64,000 nt of DNA from an uncultured Candidatus Saccharibacteria bacterium. GTDB taxonomy: Bacteria; Patescibacteriota; Minisyncoccia; Phycocordibacterales; JAKFXT01. A model generated the notes under the pieces. It worked only from the letters and a program-made list of their open reading frames with translations, was not told the DNA's origin and made no database searches. The position numbers were made by a program, and so were the translations under genes. The stretch is from contig CAZIPS010000001.1 of assembly GCA_964541455.1 (NCBI GenBank), positions 1,709-65,708 of the forward strand, given 5' to 3'. Position 1 is the first letter of the stretch. Each line of letters begins with the position of its first letter. This document shows positions 27,463 to 36,491 of this stretch, in pieces.

Positions 27463-29652
27463 ATGAACAGTACCCTCCGATCTATCATTTTTACCGGTCT
27501 TTTTATTATCTCGTTTATTCCGTTGTATGTGGCAAGCGGCCTTTTCTTCCCTTTTATCACAGGTAAGAATTTCGCCTTTCGTATCATCGTTGAGATTATT
27601 TTTTCGCTTTGGGCGATTCTTGCGTTGCGTGATAGCACTTACCGACCAAAGTATTCTAGTATTTTCGGGGCCTTTGTCGCCTTTCTTGCGGTAATGGGGA
27701 TTGCCACTATGTTTGCTGAAAACCCTTATAAAAGTTTCTGGAGTAACTATGAGCGTATGGAGGGGTACGTTACACTACTTCACCTTTTTGCATATTTTGT
27801 GGTGCTTGGTGCCATGCTTCAAACAAGAGTGTTGTGGAACCGCCTTTTTTTGACATCACTTTTCGCGAGTTTCCTCATGGTGTTTTACAGCTTCTTACAA
27901 CTTTCAGGTAAGCTCGCTATAAACCAAGGAGGAGTACGTGTCGATGGAACATTGGGGAATGCTACGTACCTAGCAATCTATCTTGTGTTTCATATTTTTA
28001 TTGCGCTCATTTTTATTACTCGAAAGGAAACAGATACCATTGCAAAGTGGCTGTATAGCATTCTTGTAGTGGGGCAAGTAGTGGTGCTTTACCACACTGC
28101 AACACGTGGTGCTATTTTGGGTCTCTTAGGAGGACTACTCGCCACAGCATTACTCGTTATGTTTTGGGGTAAGGAAACTCCAAGATTGCGTAAGTTCTCA
28201 ATAGGGATGGTAGCGGCGATCTTTTGTGTGGTTCTTGGTTTTATAGCAATTAAAAATACTGATTTTGTTCAAAAGAGCCCTGTGCTACAGCGTTTCGCCA
28301 CTATTTCTTGGAGTGAAAACCAAACCCAATCTCGTGGCTATGTTTGGCCAATGGCTATTTCTGGTTTTAAAGAGCGACCACTTTTTGGTTGGGGGCAAGA
28401 GAACTTCAATTATGTGTTCAACAAATACTATGCCCCAGAGATGTATAACAAGGAGCCATGGTTTGATCGTACGCACGATGTGTTCCTTGATTGGCTTATA
28501 GCTGGCGGGCTTTTTGGCTTCTTGTCATACCTTTCACTTTTCTGTCTTGGATTATATGCAATCTGGAAGCAGGGAGACTTTTCTTTTGTAGAGCGAGCAT
28601 TAGTGACAGGGCTCTTTTTGGCGTACCTTTTCCACAACATCTTTGTGTTCGATAACTTGGTAAGTTACATCTTCTTTATGTTGTTCCTTGCGTACCTTCA
28701 CTTCGATGTTGCAAAGCCTTTCAGTCTCAAAACACGAAATGCTTTTAGTGTGTTTTCAGCTAATCAAGCACGGGTGAACAACATTATGGCACCACTCATC
28801 ATTATCGTTGGTGTGTTTGTTATTTATGCGGTGAATGCAAAAGCTTACGCTGCAAATACTGAACTCATTACCGCACTATCACTCATTGAGCGAAACCCGG
28901 TTGACGCGCGAGCACACTTTGAAGCGGCGCTTAGCAATCACAGTTTTGGGGATCAGGAAATCCGCGAGCAATTAATGCAGGCGGTCTACAACCTTCGTTA
29001 TAAAAATGAAGTTGATATTAAGGAGAAGCAGGCTTATTTTGAGTTAGCGAAGCGCGAGTATGAAACCATGATTGCTGAAGCTCCTAACGACGCGCGCCAC
29101 CGTCTTTTCTTCGGTGCAATGCTTGAGGCGTATGGGGATGCAAATGATGCAATTACGCAATTAACTAAGGCACTCGAACTTTCTCCTTCAAAACAAACCA
29201 TTCTCTACGAAATAGCGTCTTCGTATGAAAATATCGGCAAAACAAGTGAAGCATTGCCGTACCTCAAAAAGGCTCTTGATCTAGCACCAGAAAATCCTGA
29301 CGCGCGCACAATGTATGCTATCGGACTTATTTACGCAGGAGATGCCGCTCAGGCAAAAGAAGTGCTCAAGTCTTCTCCTGATGGAGTTATCAATATCGAC
29401 GATCGTCTTATTCAGGCGTATTACCAGACCAAACATTTTGCAGAGATTGTCGATATTTGGGAGGAAAAAGTAAAGCAGAATCCAACTGATGCACGCACAA
29501 GAGCAGGACTTGGAGCAGCGTATTACCAAGCAGGGAATAGGGGTGGGGCCATCGCGTCTTTTACTGAAGCAGTAAAACTTGAAACAAATCCAGTGACGAG
29601 CGCGCAATATCAAAAGGCAGTTGATACGCTTCGATCAGGAGGAAATCTCTAA
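27463..29652 (+). CDS. O-antigen ligase/polymerase (Wzy_C)-domain membrane protein with C-terminal TPR repeat domain
   Basis: N-terminal ~430 aa polytopic. Wzy_C-like loop motif RTHDVFLDWLIAGGLFGF. C-terminal ~280 aa of TPR-like helices (AHFEAALSNH..., YEIASSYENIGKTSEALPYLKKALDLAP...). Confidence 0.65.
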   Translation: MNSTLRSIIFTGLFIISFIPLYVASGLFFPFITGKNFAFRIIVEIIFSLWAILALRDSTYRPKYSSIFGAFVAFLAVMGIATMFAENPYKSFWSNYERMEGYVTLLHLFAYFVVLGAMLQTRVLWNRLFLTSLFASFLMVFYSFLQLSGKLAINQGGVRVDGTLGNATYLAIYLVFHIFIALIFITRKETDTIAKWLYSILVVGQVVVLYHTATRGAILGLLGGLLATALLVMFWGKETPRLRKFSIGMVAAIFCVVLGFIAIKNTDFVQKSPVLQRFATISWSENQTQSRGYVWPMAISGFKERPLFGWGQENFNYVFNKYYAPEMYNKEPWFDRTHDVFLDWLIAGGLFGFLSYLSLFCLGLYAIWKQGDFSFVERALVTGLFLAYLFHNIFVFDNLVSYIFFMLFLAYLHFDVAKPFSLKTRNAFSVFSANQARVNNIMAPLIIIVGVFVIYAVNAKAYAANTELITALSLIERNPVDARAHFEAALSNHSFGDQEIREQLMQAVYNLRYKNEVDIKEKQAYFELAKREYETMIAEAPNDARHRLFFGAMLEAYGDANDAITQLTKALELSPSKQTILYEIASSYENIGKTSEALPYLKKALDLAPENPDARTMYAIGLIYAGDAAQAKEVLKSSPDGVINIDDRLIQAYYQTKHFAEIVDIWEEKVKQNPTDARTRAGLGAAYYQAGNRGGAIASFTEAVKLETNPVTSAQYQKAVDTLRSGGNL

Positions 29653-29669
29653 TGGGCGCGGTGAAGAGC

Positions 29670-29697
29670 TTGACTTTTTTCTAAAAACTGCTATACT
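29670..29697 (+). promoter_or_regulatory. near-consensus sigma70-type promoter (TTGACT-16 bp-TATACT)
   Basis: cTTGACTtttttctaaaaactgcTATACTt in the intergenic region downstream of the O-antigen-ligase gene. Confidence 0.55.
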
Positions 29698-29703
29698 TCC
29701 CAT

Positions 29704-29778
29704 TGTGAGTGCTAACAAAGTTGTTAGAACTAACGAATGTCTGCGAAAACGCTCCCTTCCGGGAGCTTTTTCGTTTTT
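29704..29778 (+). ncRNA. candidate small RNA or 5' leader: promoter-proximal hairpin plus intrinsic terminator
   Basis: The predicted transcript begins about 7 nt after the -10. Hairpin ctaacaa-ag-ttgttag (29712-29727). Terminator gctccc-ttcc-gggagc (29751-29766), followed by tttttcgttttt. Confidence 0.4.
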
Positions 29779-29805
29779 AGGTTTTTGTTATACTCTGATA
29801 TAGGT

Positions 29806-29892
29806 GGTCCTTATATATGGCTTCCGGCTGCACTCACATAAGACATTTGTTTTGGAGCTAGCACCCGGAGGCCATATATAAGTGGCACTTTT
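29806..29892 (+). promoter_or_regulatory. long imperfect hairpin in the murB 5' region
   Basis: cttatatatggcTtccgg (29810-29827) pairs with ccggaGgccatatataag (29865-29882), giving an ~18-bp stem with an ~37-nt loop. It is followed by cacttttttATG; the murB start is at 29895. Confidence 0.4.
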
Positions 29893-29894
29893 TT

Positions 29895-30926
29895 ATGATT
29901 AAGACGGCTATACCACTTTCTGCCCATAGTACTTTTAAGGTGGGGGGAAAGGCTGATTTTTTTGTTGCAGTAACTACGTTAGAGGAGCTTAAAGACGCTT
30001 TGGCGTATAGCGATGAAAAGGGTTTGCCCGTTCATATATTAGGGGGAGGATCAAATACCCTCTTTAGTGATGAGGGTTTTAGGGGATTAGTTATAAAAAT
30101 TGATATAAAGGGGTTTGTTTTTAAAGAAGAGCATGAAGCACATGTTATAGAGGTGGGGGCCGGAGAGGATTGGGACTATATAGTAAGGGAAACGGGAGCA
30201 CGAGGAATAATTGGATTTGAGAATCTTGCTTTTATACCGGGGACTGTTGGGGGAGCGGTGGTGCAAAATATTGGAGCCTATAATAGAGAGATAGGTGCTT
30301 TCGTCCACTCTGTTGAAGTGTATGATCGAGAAAAGAAAAAAGTACAAACACTCACGCACGCTGATTGCCACTTCAAGTATCGCCATAGTATTTTCAAAGA
30401 AAAGAAAGCCGCTCATCTAATTGTGACACGTGTAGTCTTTAAACTTTTAACATCAGACACACTTAAAACAACCTATCCTGAACTGCATTCATTTTTAGAG
30501 ACACAGTATAAAAAAGAAGAAATACTAAACGCTGACATGGTGAGAAGCGCAGTTACAATGCTACGAACAAAAAAACTGCCTTCGCTTTCAGACTACGGCA
30601 CGGCCGGGTCATTTTTTAAAAATCCGATTATCGAAGATGGAAAAATATCTTTACTCAAAGCCCGATTCCCAGAATTGCCAGTCTGGAATGTAGGACTTGG
30701 GAAAAGTAAGATTCCTGCAGCGTATCTCATTGATAAAATCGCTCTTCTTAAGGGAGAAATAGTAGGGGGAGCGTCATTATGGAACCTTCAAGCATTAGTA
30801 ATTGTGACTAATACTTCTGCAACTTCACGTGATGTGTATACGCTTAAAGAAAAAATAAAAAAAGTTGTGTTAGAAAAAACAGGAATTACACTTGAAGAAG
30901 AAGTATGTATAGTAGGAGAAAAATAA
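29895..30926 (+). CDS. murB: UDP-N-acetylenolpyruvoylglucosamine reductase
   Basis: FAD-binding PCMH domain motifs FKVGGKADFFVAVTTLEELKDA...ILGGGSNTLFSDEG. MurB C-terminal domain (ENLAFIPGTVGGAVVQNIGAYN). Confidence 0.8.
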   Translation: MIKTAIPLSAHSTFKVGGKADFFVAVTTLEELKDALAYSDEKGLPVHILGGGSNTLFSDEGFRGLVIKIDIKGFVFKEEHEAHVIEVGAGEDWDYIVRETGARGIIGFENLAFIPGTVGGAVVQNIGAYNREIGAFVHSVEVYDREKKKVQTLTHADCHFKYRHSIFKEKKAAHLIVTRVVFKLLTSDTLKTTYPELHSFLETQYKKEEILNADMVRSAVTMLRTKKLPSLSDYGTAGSFFKNPIIEDGKISLLKARFPELPVWNVGLGKSKIPAAYLIDKIALLKGEIVGGASLWNLQALVIVTNTSATSRDVYTLKEKIKKVVLEKTGITLEEEVCIVGEK

Positions 30927-31022
30927 TTTTTAAAAAAATAAAAGTAACATTAAAAAATTTTTACATAAAAATATTTTTTAAAAAAATAAAAGTTATCCAC
31001 ATAAAAATACAAAAAAATATTG
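30927..31022. repeat. AT-rich tandem imperfect direct repeats (~46-48 bp unit, 2 copies)
   Basis: ttttaaaaaaataaaagtaacat...acataaaaata is repeated as ttttttaaaaaaataaaagttatccacataaaaata. GC is below 20%. Confidence 0.5.
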
Positions 31023-31176
31023 TGAGAAGATTCAACACACATCATAATATGTATTAGAAGTAGCAGTGAGTTGATTCAACTCTTTAGAGAACACAAACAT
31101 TTAAATTTTAAATCATAGTGCTTTAAAGAGAGGTCGCCAACACACTGTTCATTTAATAGTTTTTGATACCATTATC

Positions 31177-31242
31177 ATGGCAGCAAAGAAAAAGAAGGCA
31201 GCTAAGAAGGCAGCCAAGAAGTCAAAGAAAAAGAAGAACTAG
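31177..31242 (+). CDS. 21-codon micro-ORF encoding the poly-Lys/Ala peptide MAAKKKKAAKKAAKKSKKKKN
   Basis: ATG at 31177, TAG at 31240-31242. Followed 25 nt later by a strong intrinsic terminator. Preceded by an AT-rich promoter-like region. Coding status unproven. Confidence 0.3.
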   Translation: MAAKKKKAAKKAAKKSKKKKN

Positions 31243-31267
31243 TCTTTAGTCTTCTCACTTCAAGTAA

Positions 31268-31298
31268 AAGACCCTCCTATCGAGGGTCTTTTACTTTT
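31268..31298 (+). terminator. rho-independent terminator after the micro-ORF
   Basis: aaaagaccctc-ctatc-gagggtctttt stem (about 11 bp) followed by acttttaa. Confidence 0.7.
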
Positions 31299-31335
31299 AA
31301 GGGAGCGTTCTCGAATGCGTATTTTGATTGTTTCA

Positions 31336-31362
31336 ACAAAAAAAGACGCGCTTTCGCGCGCC
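31336..31362 (-). terminator. rho-independent terminator of the GC-rich minus-strand gene
   Basis: On the minus strand: ggcgcgc-gaaa-gcgcgtc followed by a U7-8 run (A-run 31338-31344 on the plus strand). Confidence 0.65.
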
Positions 31363-31384
31363 TTCGATCCGAATTGGCTGGGGA

Positions 31385-31957
31385 CTATTCCGGCTCAGCC
31401 ACAAACCGATGTTTCCCGTCGTCCCCAAGGGGTTCTTTGATGATGAAGGTCTTACCGTGCCCCTTCAGGAACTTTGTCACCGTCACTTTCGGATAGAAGC
31501 AGATGACATAGGTAACCCCGTTCCCGCCGAGTTCAAACTTGAGTGGTGGGCTTGCAGGAGACCAGTCCCAGTCGTCTTGCGAGACACTGCAGTGCTTGAA
31601 GCGTGTGGTGTCCCCAAACGCCTCGCGGACAATTCTAATAGCGGTGTTCACTTGCTTAGTGAGGGGCTGGTATTTCGAAGACTCGAGGCATTTGGTAGCC
31701 AAGGTGGCTGCCTTGAGGCCGAGGCTTCGAGCTTCATCAGCAGTCACCCTGAGGAGGCTCCCATAGGGGCCTTGGGGGATAGAGGTCTTCAATTGACTCC
31801 CGTAACGGTTGTCCACCATGATGGGGAGGAAATGCCTCGGCCCATTCAGCATTTCCGCGATGCCATCTTTTCCGATGGGTACAAGTAATGCTGGCGAGGT
31901 GGGAGGAGGACTCCCGTAGGAAATCACGAGCGAAACATAGATCGCCGGGTCTGACAT
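31385..31957 (-). CDS. hypothetical protein encoded in a GC-rich (~55%) island; no recognisable family
   Basis: 190-aa ORF with a canonical SD (AAGGAG, 5-nt spacer) before ATG at 31957 and its own terminator. GC content is clearly higher than the flanking ~40% GC genome. The overlapping plus-strand ORFs are Arg-rich shadow frames. Confidence 0.55.
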   Translation of the reverse strand: MSDPAIYVSLVISYGSPPPTSPALLVPIGKDGIAEMLNGPRHFLPIMVDNRYGSQLKTSIPQGPYGSLLRVTADEARSLGLKAATLATKCLESSKYQPLTKQVNTAIRIVREAFGDTTRFKHCSVSQDDWDWSPASPPLKFELGGNGVTYVICFYPKVTVTKFLKGHGKTFIIKEPLGDDGKHRFVAEPE

Positions 31958-32102
31958 ACGCTCTCCTTAAGGGGGGGGGTGAGGGTTTGTACTACAATAG
32001 TGCTTTTCGAACCATACCTTTTTATTTTTAAAAGTCAAACGCCACTTGTTGTAGTGGTGTTAGTTTATGGAGGGCCCCCCTTCTTTGTGCTAGAATGCCT
32101 CA

Positions 32103-34628
32103 ATGTTTAAATGGCTCAAAAACATAGGAAATACGGGGGCTGAAGCGGTAAAAGCAGCTGAAGTAATCTTAAAAGAGGTTAATGCTTTTGAGTCAACTAT
32201 TTCAGCGCTCTCTGATGAGGGGCTTAAAGCGAAAACAGACGAGTTTAAAGCACGGCTTAAGGGGGGTGAAACACTTCAAGATATCCTGCCAGAAGCCTAC
32301 GCGGTGGTGAGGGAGACGGCAAAACGTGTGCGCAATGAGCGTCATTTTGATGTACAGATTATTGGTGGGGTAATTCTTAATAATAGAGGGATTGCGGAAA
32401 TGCGCACTGGTGAGGGAAAGACACTTGTTGCTACGCTTCCCGCGTATCTAAACGCGCTTTTGGAAAAGGGTGTGCATGTGGTAACCGTGAATGACTATCT
32501 TTCACGCCGCGATGCGGTATGGATGGGAGAAATATACAACTTCCTAGGACTTACGGTGGGAGTACTTAACCATGAGGCTTCATATCTTTATGATAAAACT
32601 GCTACCACAAAAGAAGAAGATGAAGAGAGAGACATTCTAGGTTCATTCAAAGTAGTGCATGATTTTTTGCGCCCTTCAACAAGAAATGAAGCGTATAGAG
32701 CAGATATTACCTATGGCACAAATAGTGAATTTGGTTTTGATTATTTGCGAGACAATCTAGAGTATGAAGTTTCTGCGCTTCGCCAGAGAGAGCCATACTT
32801 TGCAATAGTTGATGAAATAGACTCTATTCTTATAGATGAAGCACGCACACCACTCATTATTTCCGCCCCCTCATCAGATAGTGCTGATCTTTACCAAGTG
32901 TTTGCAGGAATTGCCAAGCAGTTAAAAAAGGAAGTTGATTTTACGGTGGATGAGAAGTTGAAAGCCATCACCCTTACAGATGAGGGGATTACGCATGCTG
33001 AAAAATTACTTGGCGTTGAAAATATTTACACCGAGAAGGGGGTTAAGTATGTGCATCACCTTGAAACGGCGGTACGCGCACAAGCTCTTTTTGAAAAAGA
33101 TAAAGAGTATGTAGTTAAAGATGGGGAAATTATCATTGTTGATGAGTTCACGGGACGCCTGCAACCAGGACGACGCTGGTCTGAAGGGTTACATCAGGCG
33201 ATTGAGGCAAAAGAAGGGGTAGAGGTGCAAAAAGAGTCACGCACCTTTGCATCTATCACGTATCAAAATTATTTTAGACTTTACGAAAAGCTCTCGGGTA
33301 TGACGGGAACTGCTATGACCTCGTCTGAAGAGTTCTACAAGGTATATGGACTAAACACCGTTGCTATCCCTACTAATAGAGCTATTGCACGTGTTGATCA
33401 TGATGATCTTATTTTCCAAACTGAAAAAGGGAAAATGAAAGCTTTAGCACGAAGAGTAAAGGAGCTGCATGAAAAAAAGCAGCCTGTACTTATCGGGACA
33501 GTGTCAATTGAAAAAAATGAAGTACTATCAGCCTATCTTAAAAGTGAAGGTATCCCGCATCATATATTGAATGCAAAAAATCACGAGCAAGAAGGTGAGA
33601 TTATTGCGCAAGCGGGAACACTGGGTCAGGTCACTATCGCTACTAACATGGCAGGTCGCGGAGTGGATATTAAACTTGGGGGGAACCCTGCGACAGTAGA
33701 ACAGTATGAAGGGGTTAAGGCACTCGGTGGACTTATGGTGATTGGAACCGAGCGACATGAAGCACGTCGTATCGATAACCAGCTTCGTGGTCGCTCGGGA
33801 CGACAGGGAGATCCAGGAGAAACACAATTCTTTGTTTCGCTTGAAGACCCCCTCATGCGCATTTTTGCTTCAGATACCATTAAAACAATGATGGGCCGTT
33901 TTGGTATTCCGGAAGATCAACCTATTGAAAATAGGTTGATTACGCGTTCACTTGAGTCGGCACAAACAAAAATCGAAGGGTTCCATTTTGATTCACGTAA
34001 AAATATTCTTGAGTATGATGATGTGCTAAGTCATCAGCGTACTTCTATTTATGAAAAGCGTCGTAGCGCGCTTATGGGAGATAATGAAGTCCTCGAAGGA
34101 TTGCTTAATGAAGCGATTATGGGAGACGATACGCTTCTCAAGATGGCACAGGAGAAAAAAGATCGTATGGGGGAGGAGTATTTCTACCAAAATCTTCGTC
34201 GACTTATGTTACAAATTATTGATACGTTTTGGGTCGATCATCTCGAGGCGATGGACTATTTACGTTCATCGGTTAACTTAAGAGCGTATGGGCAGCGCGA
34301 TCCCCTTGTTGAATACAAAAAAGAGGGATTACGCTTGTTTAAAGATATGGAAGAGGGGATACAGGAGGAAGTTATCCGTTTACTCCCACACATTGATGCT
34401 GGACTTTTTAAAACAGAAGAAAATAAAAATTTAGCCATGGTACATGAAAGTGCGGAGAGCATTACAGGAGGTACCTCAAGCGGAAATACTGTAGTGAGCG
34501 AGGGTGGAGTGGTTAATAGTGAAAAAATAGGACGCAATGATACATGCCCCTGTGGTTCTGGTAAAAAGTATAAAAAATGTGGAGAACTCAACACACCTGA
34601 ACATCAGCGTTTAATGAGTCAAAAGTAA
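32103..34628 (+). CDS. secA: preprotein translocase ATPase SecA
   Basis: DEAD-motor motifs (MRTGEGKTLVATLPAYLNAL, DEIDSILIDEARTPLIIS). Conserved TGTAMT. C-terminal zinc finger CPCGSGKKYKKCG. Confidence 0.95.
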   Translation: MFKWLKNIGNTGAEAVKAAEVILKEVNAFESTISALSDEGLKAKTDEFKARLKGGETLQDILPEAYAVVRETAKRVRNERHFDVQIIGGVILNNRGIAEMRTGEGKTLVATLPAYLNALLEKGVHVVTVNDYLSRRDAVWMGEIYNFLGLTVGVLNHEASYLYDKTATTKEEDEERDILGSFKVVHDFLRPSTRNEAYRADITYGTNSEFGFDYLRDNLEYEVSALRQREPYFAIVDEIDSILIDEARTPLIISAPSSDSADLYQVFAGIAKQLKKEVDFTVDEKLKAITLTDEGITHAEKLLGVENIYTEKGVKYVHHLETAVRAQALFEKDKEYVVKDGEIIIVDEFTGRLQPGRRWSEGLHQAIEAKEGVEVQKESRTFASITYQNYFRLYEKLSGMTGTAMTSSEEFYKVYGLNTVAIPTNRAIARVDHDDLIFQTEKGKMKALARRVKELHEKKQPVLIGTVSIEKNEVLSAYLKSEGIPHHILNAKNHEQEGEIIAQAGTLGQVTIATNMAGRGVDIKLGGNPATVEQYEGVKALGGLMVIGTERHEARRIDNQLRGRSGRQGDPGETQFFVSLEDPLMRIFASDTIKTMMGRFGIPEDQPIENRLITRSLESAQTKIEGFHFDSRKNILEYDDVLSHQRTSIYEKRRSALMGDNEVLEGLLNEAIMGDDTLLKMAQEKKDRMGEEYFYQNLRRLMLQIIDTFWVDHLEAMDYLRSSVNLRAYGQRDPLVEYKKEGLRLFKDMEEGIQEEVIRLLPHIDAGLFKTEENKNLAMVHESAESITGGTSSGNTVVSEGGVVNSEKIGRNDTCPCGSGKKYKKCGELNTPEHQRLMSQK

Positions 34629-34636
34629 AAAAGGGT

Positions 34637-35077
34637 ATGCAAATAAAAGAATTGGGCCATGTGGTGCTCTACGTCACACACCTTACTGTGATGGCTGATT
34701 TTTATAGAGACACACTTGGGTATCGTGAAATTGCTCGTAGTCATGGGATGGCGCTCTTTAGCAGTGGGCGAACGCATCATGAACTTTTGTTGATCGAAAT
34801 TGGTGGAGAGCGACAGCCCCTAGGAGCCCTTCGCCCAGGACTCTATCATATTGGCTTTAAGGTGGGGGATACGCATGAAGATTTAAGGAAGGTGTATAAG
34901 GAACTAACAGAGCGTGGGGTGAGGATCATAGGCATGAGTGACCATACGGTGACTGAGAGTCTCTATATAGCGGATCCAGACAATAATGAGCTTGAACTCT
35001 ATATAGATAAGGGTGAGGATTGGAAGAAGCATCCAGAGCTTATTTTAACCCCCACTAAAAGACTCTCTTTAGACTAA
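34637..35077 (+). CDS. VOC/glyoxalase-family protein
   Basis: LGHVVLYVTHLTVMADFYRDTLGY...HHELLLIE...LYHIGFKV are paired beta-alpha-beta-beta-beta modules with His/Glu metal ligands. Confidence 0.65.
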   Translation: MQIKELGHVVLYVTHLTVMADFYRDTLGYREIARSHGMALFSSGRTHHELLLIEIGGERQPLGALRPGLYHIGFKVGDTHEDLRKVYKELTERGVRIIGMSDHTVTESLYIADPDNNELELYIDKGEDWKKHPELILTPTKRLSLD

Positions 35078-35128
35078 TCTTCCCTTATTTGTTACACTAG
35101 CCCTACTAATTAGTTAACTATACTTACT

Positions 35129-35791
35129 ATGCAGAAAAGTTTTTATCTTGTGGCGATCGTTATTGCGATTTTCGTTCTATTTGTAGGAAGTGCTGCGTAT
35201 TTAAAAAACAAAAGTGCAAGTAACGAACCGCTTCCAACTGCAGAAATCACCGCCACTGATTGGAAAAAGGGGACAGAAAGTAAGGTGACCCTTTTGGAGT
35301 ATGCCGATTTTCAATGTCCTGCTTGCGGACAATACTACCCTCTTGTTGAGGAAGTGCTTAAGGATGTGGGGAGTAAGATTACTTACGTGTATCGCCACAT
35401 GCCACTTAACCAACATATAAATGCAGTACCTGCAGCGCTCGCCGCTGAAGCGGCTGGAAGGCAGGGGAAGTTTTGGGAGATGTATACACAACTTTTCACC
35501 CATCAGGCTGATTGGTCAGAATCAAAGGATCCTTTTACGATTTTTAGTGGGTACGCTAAGGCACTCGGGCTTAATATAGATCAATTCACTACTACGTACA
35601 ATGATCCGTTGGTGAAAGCAAAAATTACCGATAGCTATAAAGCAGGAATAAAACTTGGTGTAGAAGGAACCCCCACATTTTTCCTTAATGGTAAAAAGAT
35701 TGTAAACCCACGAAGTAAAGAAGAGTTCGAAAGTATTATTAATGATGCCTTAAAAACTGCAGGAGTAACGACTACAGCAACTACTCAGTAA
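35129..35791 (+). CDS. DsbA-like thiol:disulfide oxidoreductase, membrane-anchored
   Basis: N-terminal TM helix. Thioredoxin-fold active site LLEYADFQCPACGQYYP (CPAC). cis-Pro region VEGTPTFFLNGKKI. Confidence 0.7.
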   Translation: MQKSFYLVAIVIAIFVLFVGSAAYLKNKSASNEPLPTAEITATDWKKGTESKVTLLEYADFQCPACGQYYPLVEEVLKDVGSKITYVYRHMPLNQHINAVPAALAAEAAGRQGKFWEMYTQLFTHQADWSESKDPFTIFSGYAKALGLNIDQFTTTYNDPLVKAKITDSYKAGIKLGVEGTPTFFLNGKKIVNPRSKEEFESIINDALKTAGVTTTATTQ

Positions 35792-35811
35792 GTTTCTAAG
35801 GGGCTGTTTTC

Positions 35812-36474
35812 ATGTTAGTAGCCCACACCTTAAACACCATAGAAGGATTAGTACTTGCGTATGGCGCGCTTGGGATTTTTCTTGCCGCGTTTATCGAAGA
35901 AGCTTTTATCCCACTTGCCTCAACGATTGTTATGGTCATGAGTGGTTTCTTTGTTATGGGGGACGCTCCAGTTACGCACCATACGTTCGCTGTGTTTGTT
36001 ACGAACGTCGTACTCCCTGTGTCAGCTGGTTTTACTATGGGGACACTCATTGTGTTCACTCTTTTTTATAGGTATGGAGAGAAGGCGGTAAAGAGGTTCG
36101 GCCGCTTTATTCATTTGCGATGGGCAGAGGTGGAGCGGTTTGAAAGAAGGTTTACGCATAAGATATACGATGAGCTTATTGTTTTTTTCTCTCGTGCCGT
36201 TCCCCTTTTCCCAAGTGCTGTGATCAATGCTTTCTGTGGTCTTATGAAATGGAGCCCGTTGCGTTTCGTGATCATCACCTTTTGCGGCATTATGGTCCGT
36301 TCAGCGGTGTTAGGATATGCGGGGTGGCAGCTTGGGGGGTATTACCGGGCGCACCTTGATAGGGTTACTTTGGTGCAAGATAGAGTGTTTGCCTTTGGGA
36401 TATTGTTCGTTTTTGCTTTTGTTTCGTATCTTTATTTTAAGAAAAAACGCTATATTCGTAGTCCCAGGTCATGA
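35812..36474 (+). CDS. DedA/SNARE-associated family membrane protein
   Basis: LAYGALGIFLAAFIEEAFIPLAS (DedA signature). ...RFGRFIH...FFSRAVPLFPSAVINAFCGLMKW. Confidence 0.7.
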   Translation: MLVAHTLNTIEGLVLAYGALGIFLAAFIEEAFIPLASTIVMVMSGFFVMGDAPVTHHTFAVFVTNVVLPVSAGFTMGTLIVFTLFYRYGEKAVKRFGRFIHLRWAEVERFERRFTHKIYDELIVFFSRAVPLFPSAVINAFCGLMKWSPLRFVIITFCGIMVRSAVLGYAGWQLGGYYRAHLDRVTLVQDRVFAFGILFVFAFVSYLYFKKKRYIRSPRS

Positions 36475-36491
36475 TATAGTTAGATATATCT

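Noticed and set aside
29621-29803. 60-aa ORF in the ligase-murB intergenic region
   Set aside because: It spans a promoter, hairpin and terminator, which are better explained as an RNA element. No RBS.
31328-31888. 186-aa plus-strand ORF (and the nested 75-aa ORF 31539..31766) overlapping the GC-rich minus-strand gene
   Set aside because: Arg/Pro-rich, with no SD, and it lies antisense to a better-supported gene that has its own SD and terminator. High GC inflates antisense ORF length. Treated as shadow ORFs.
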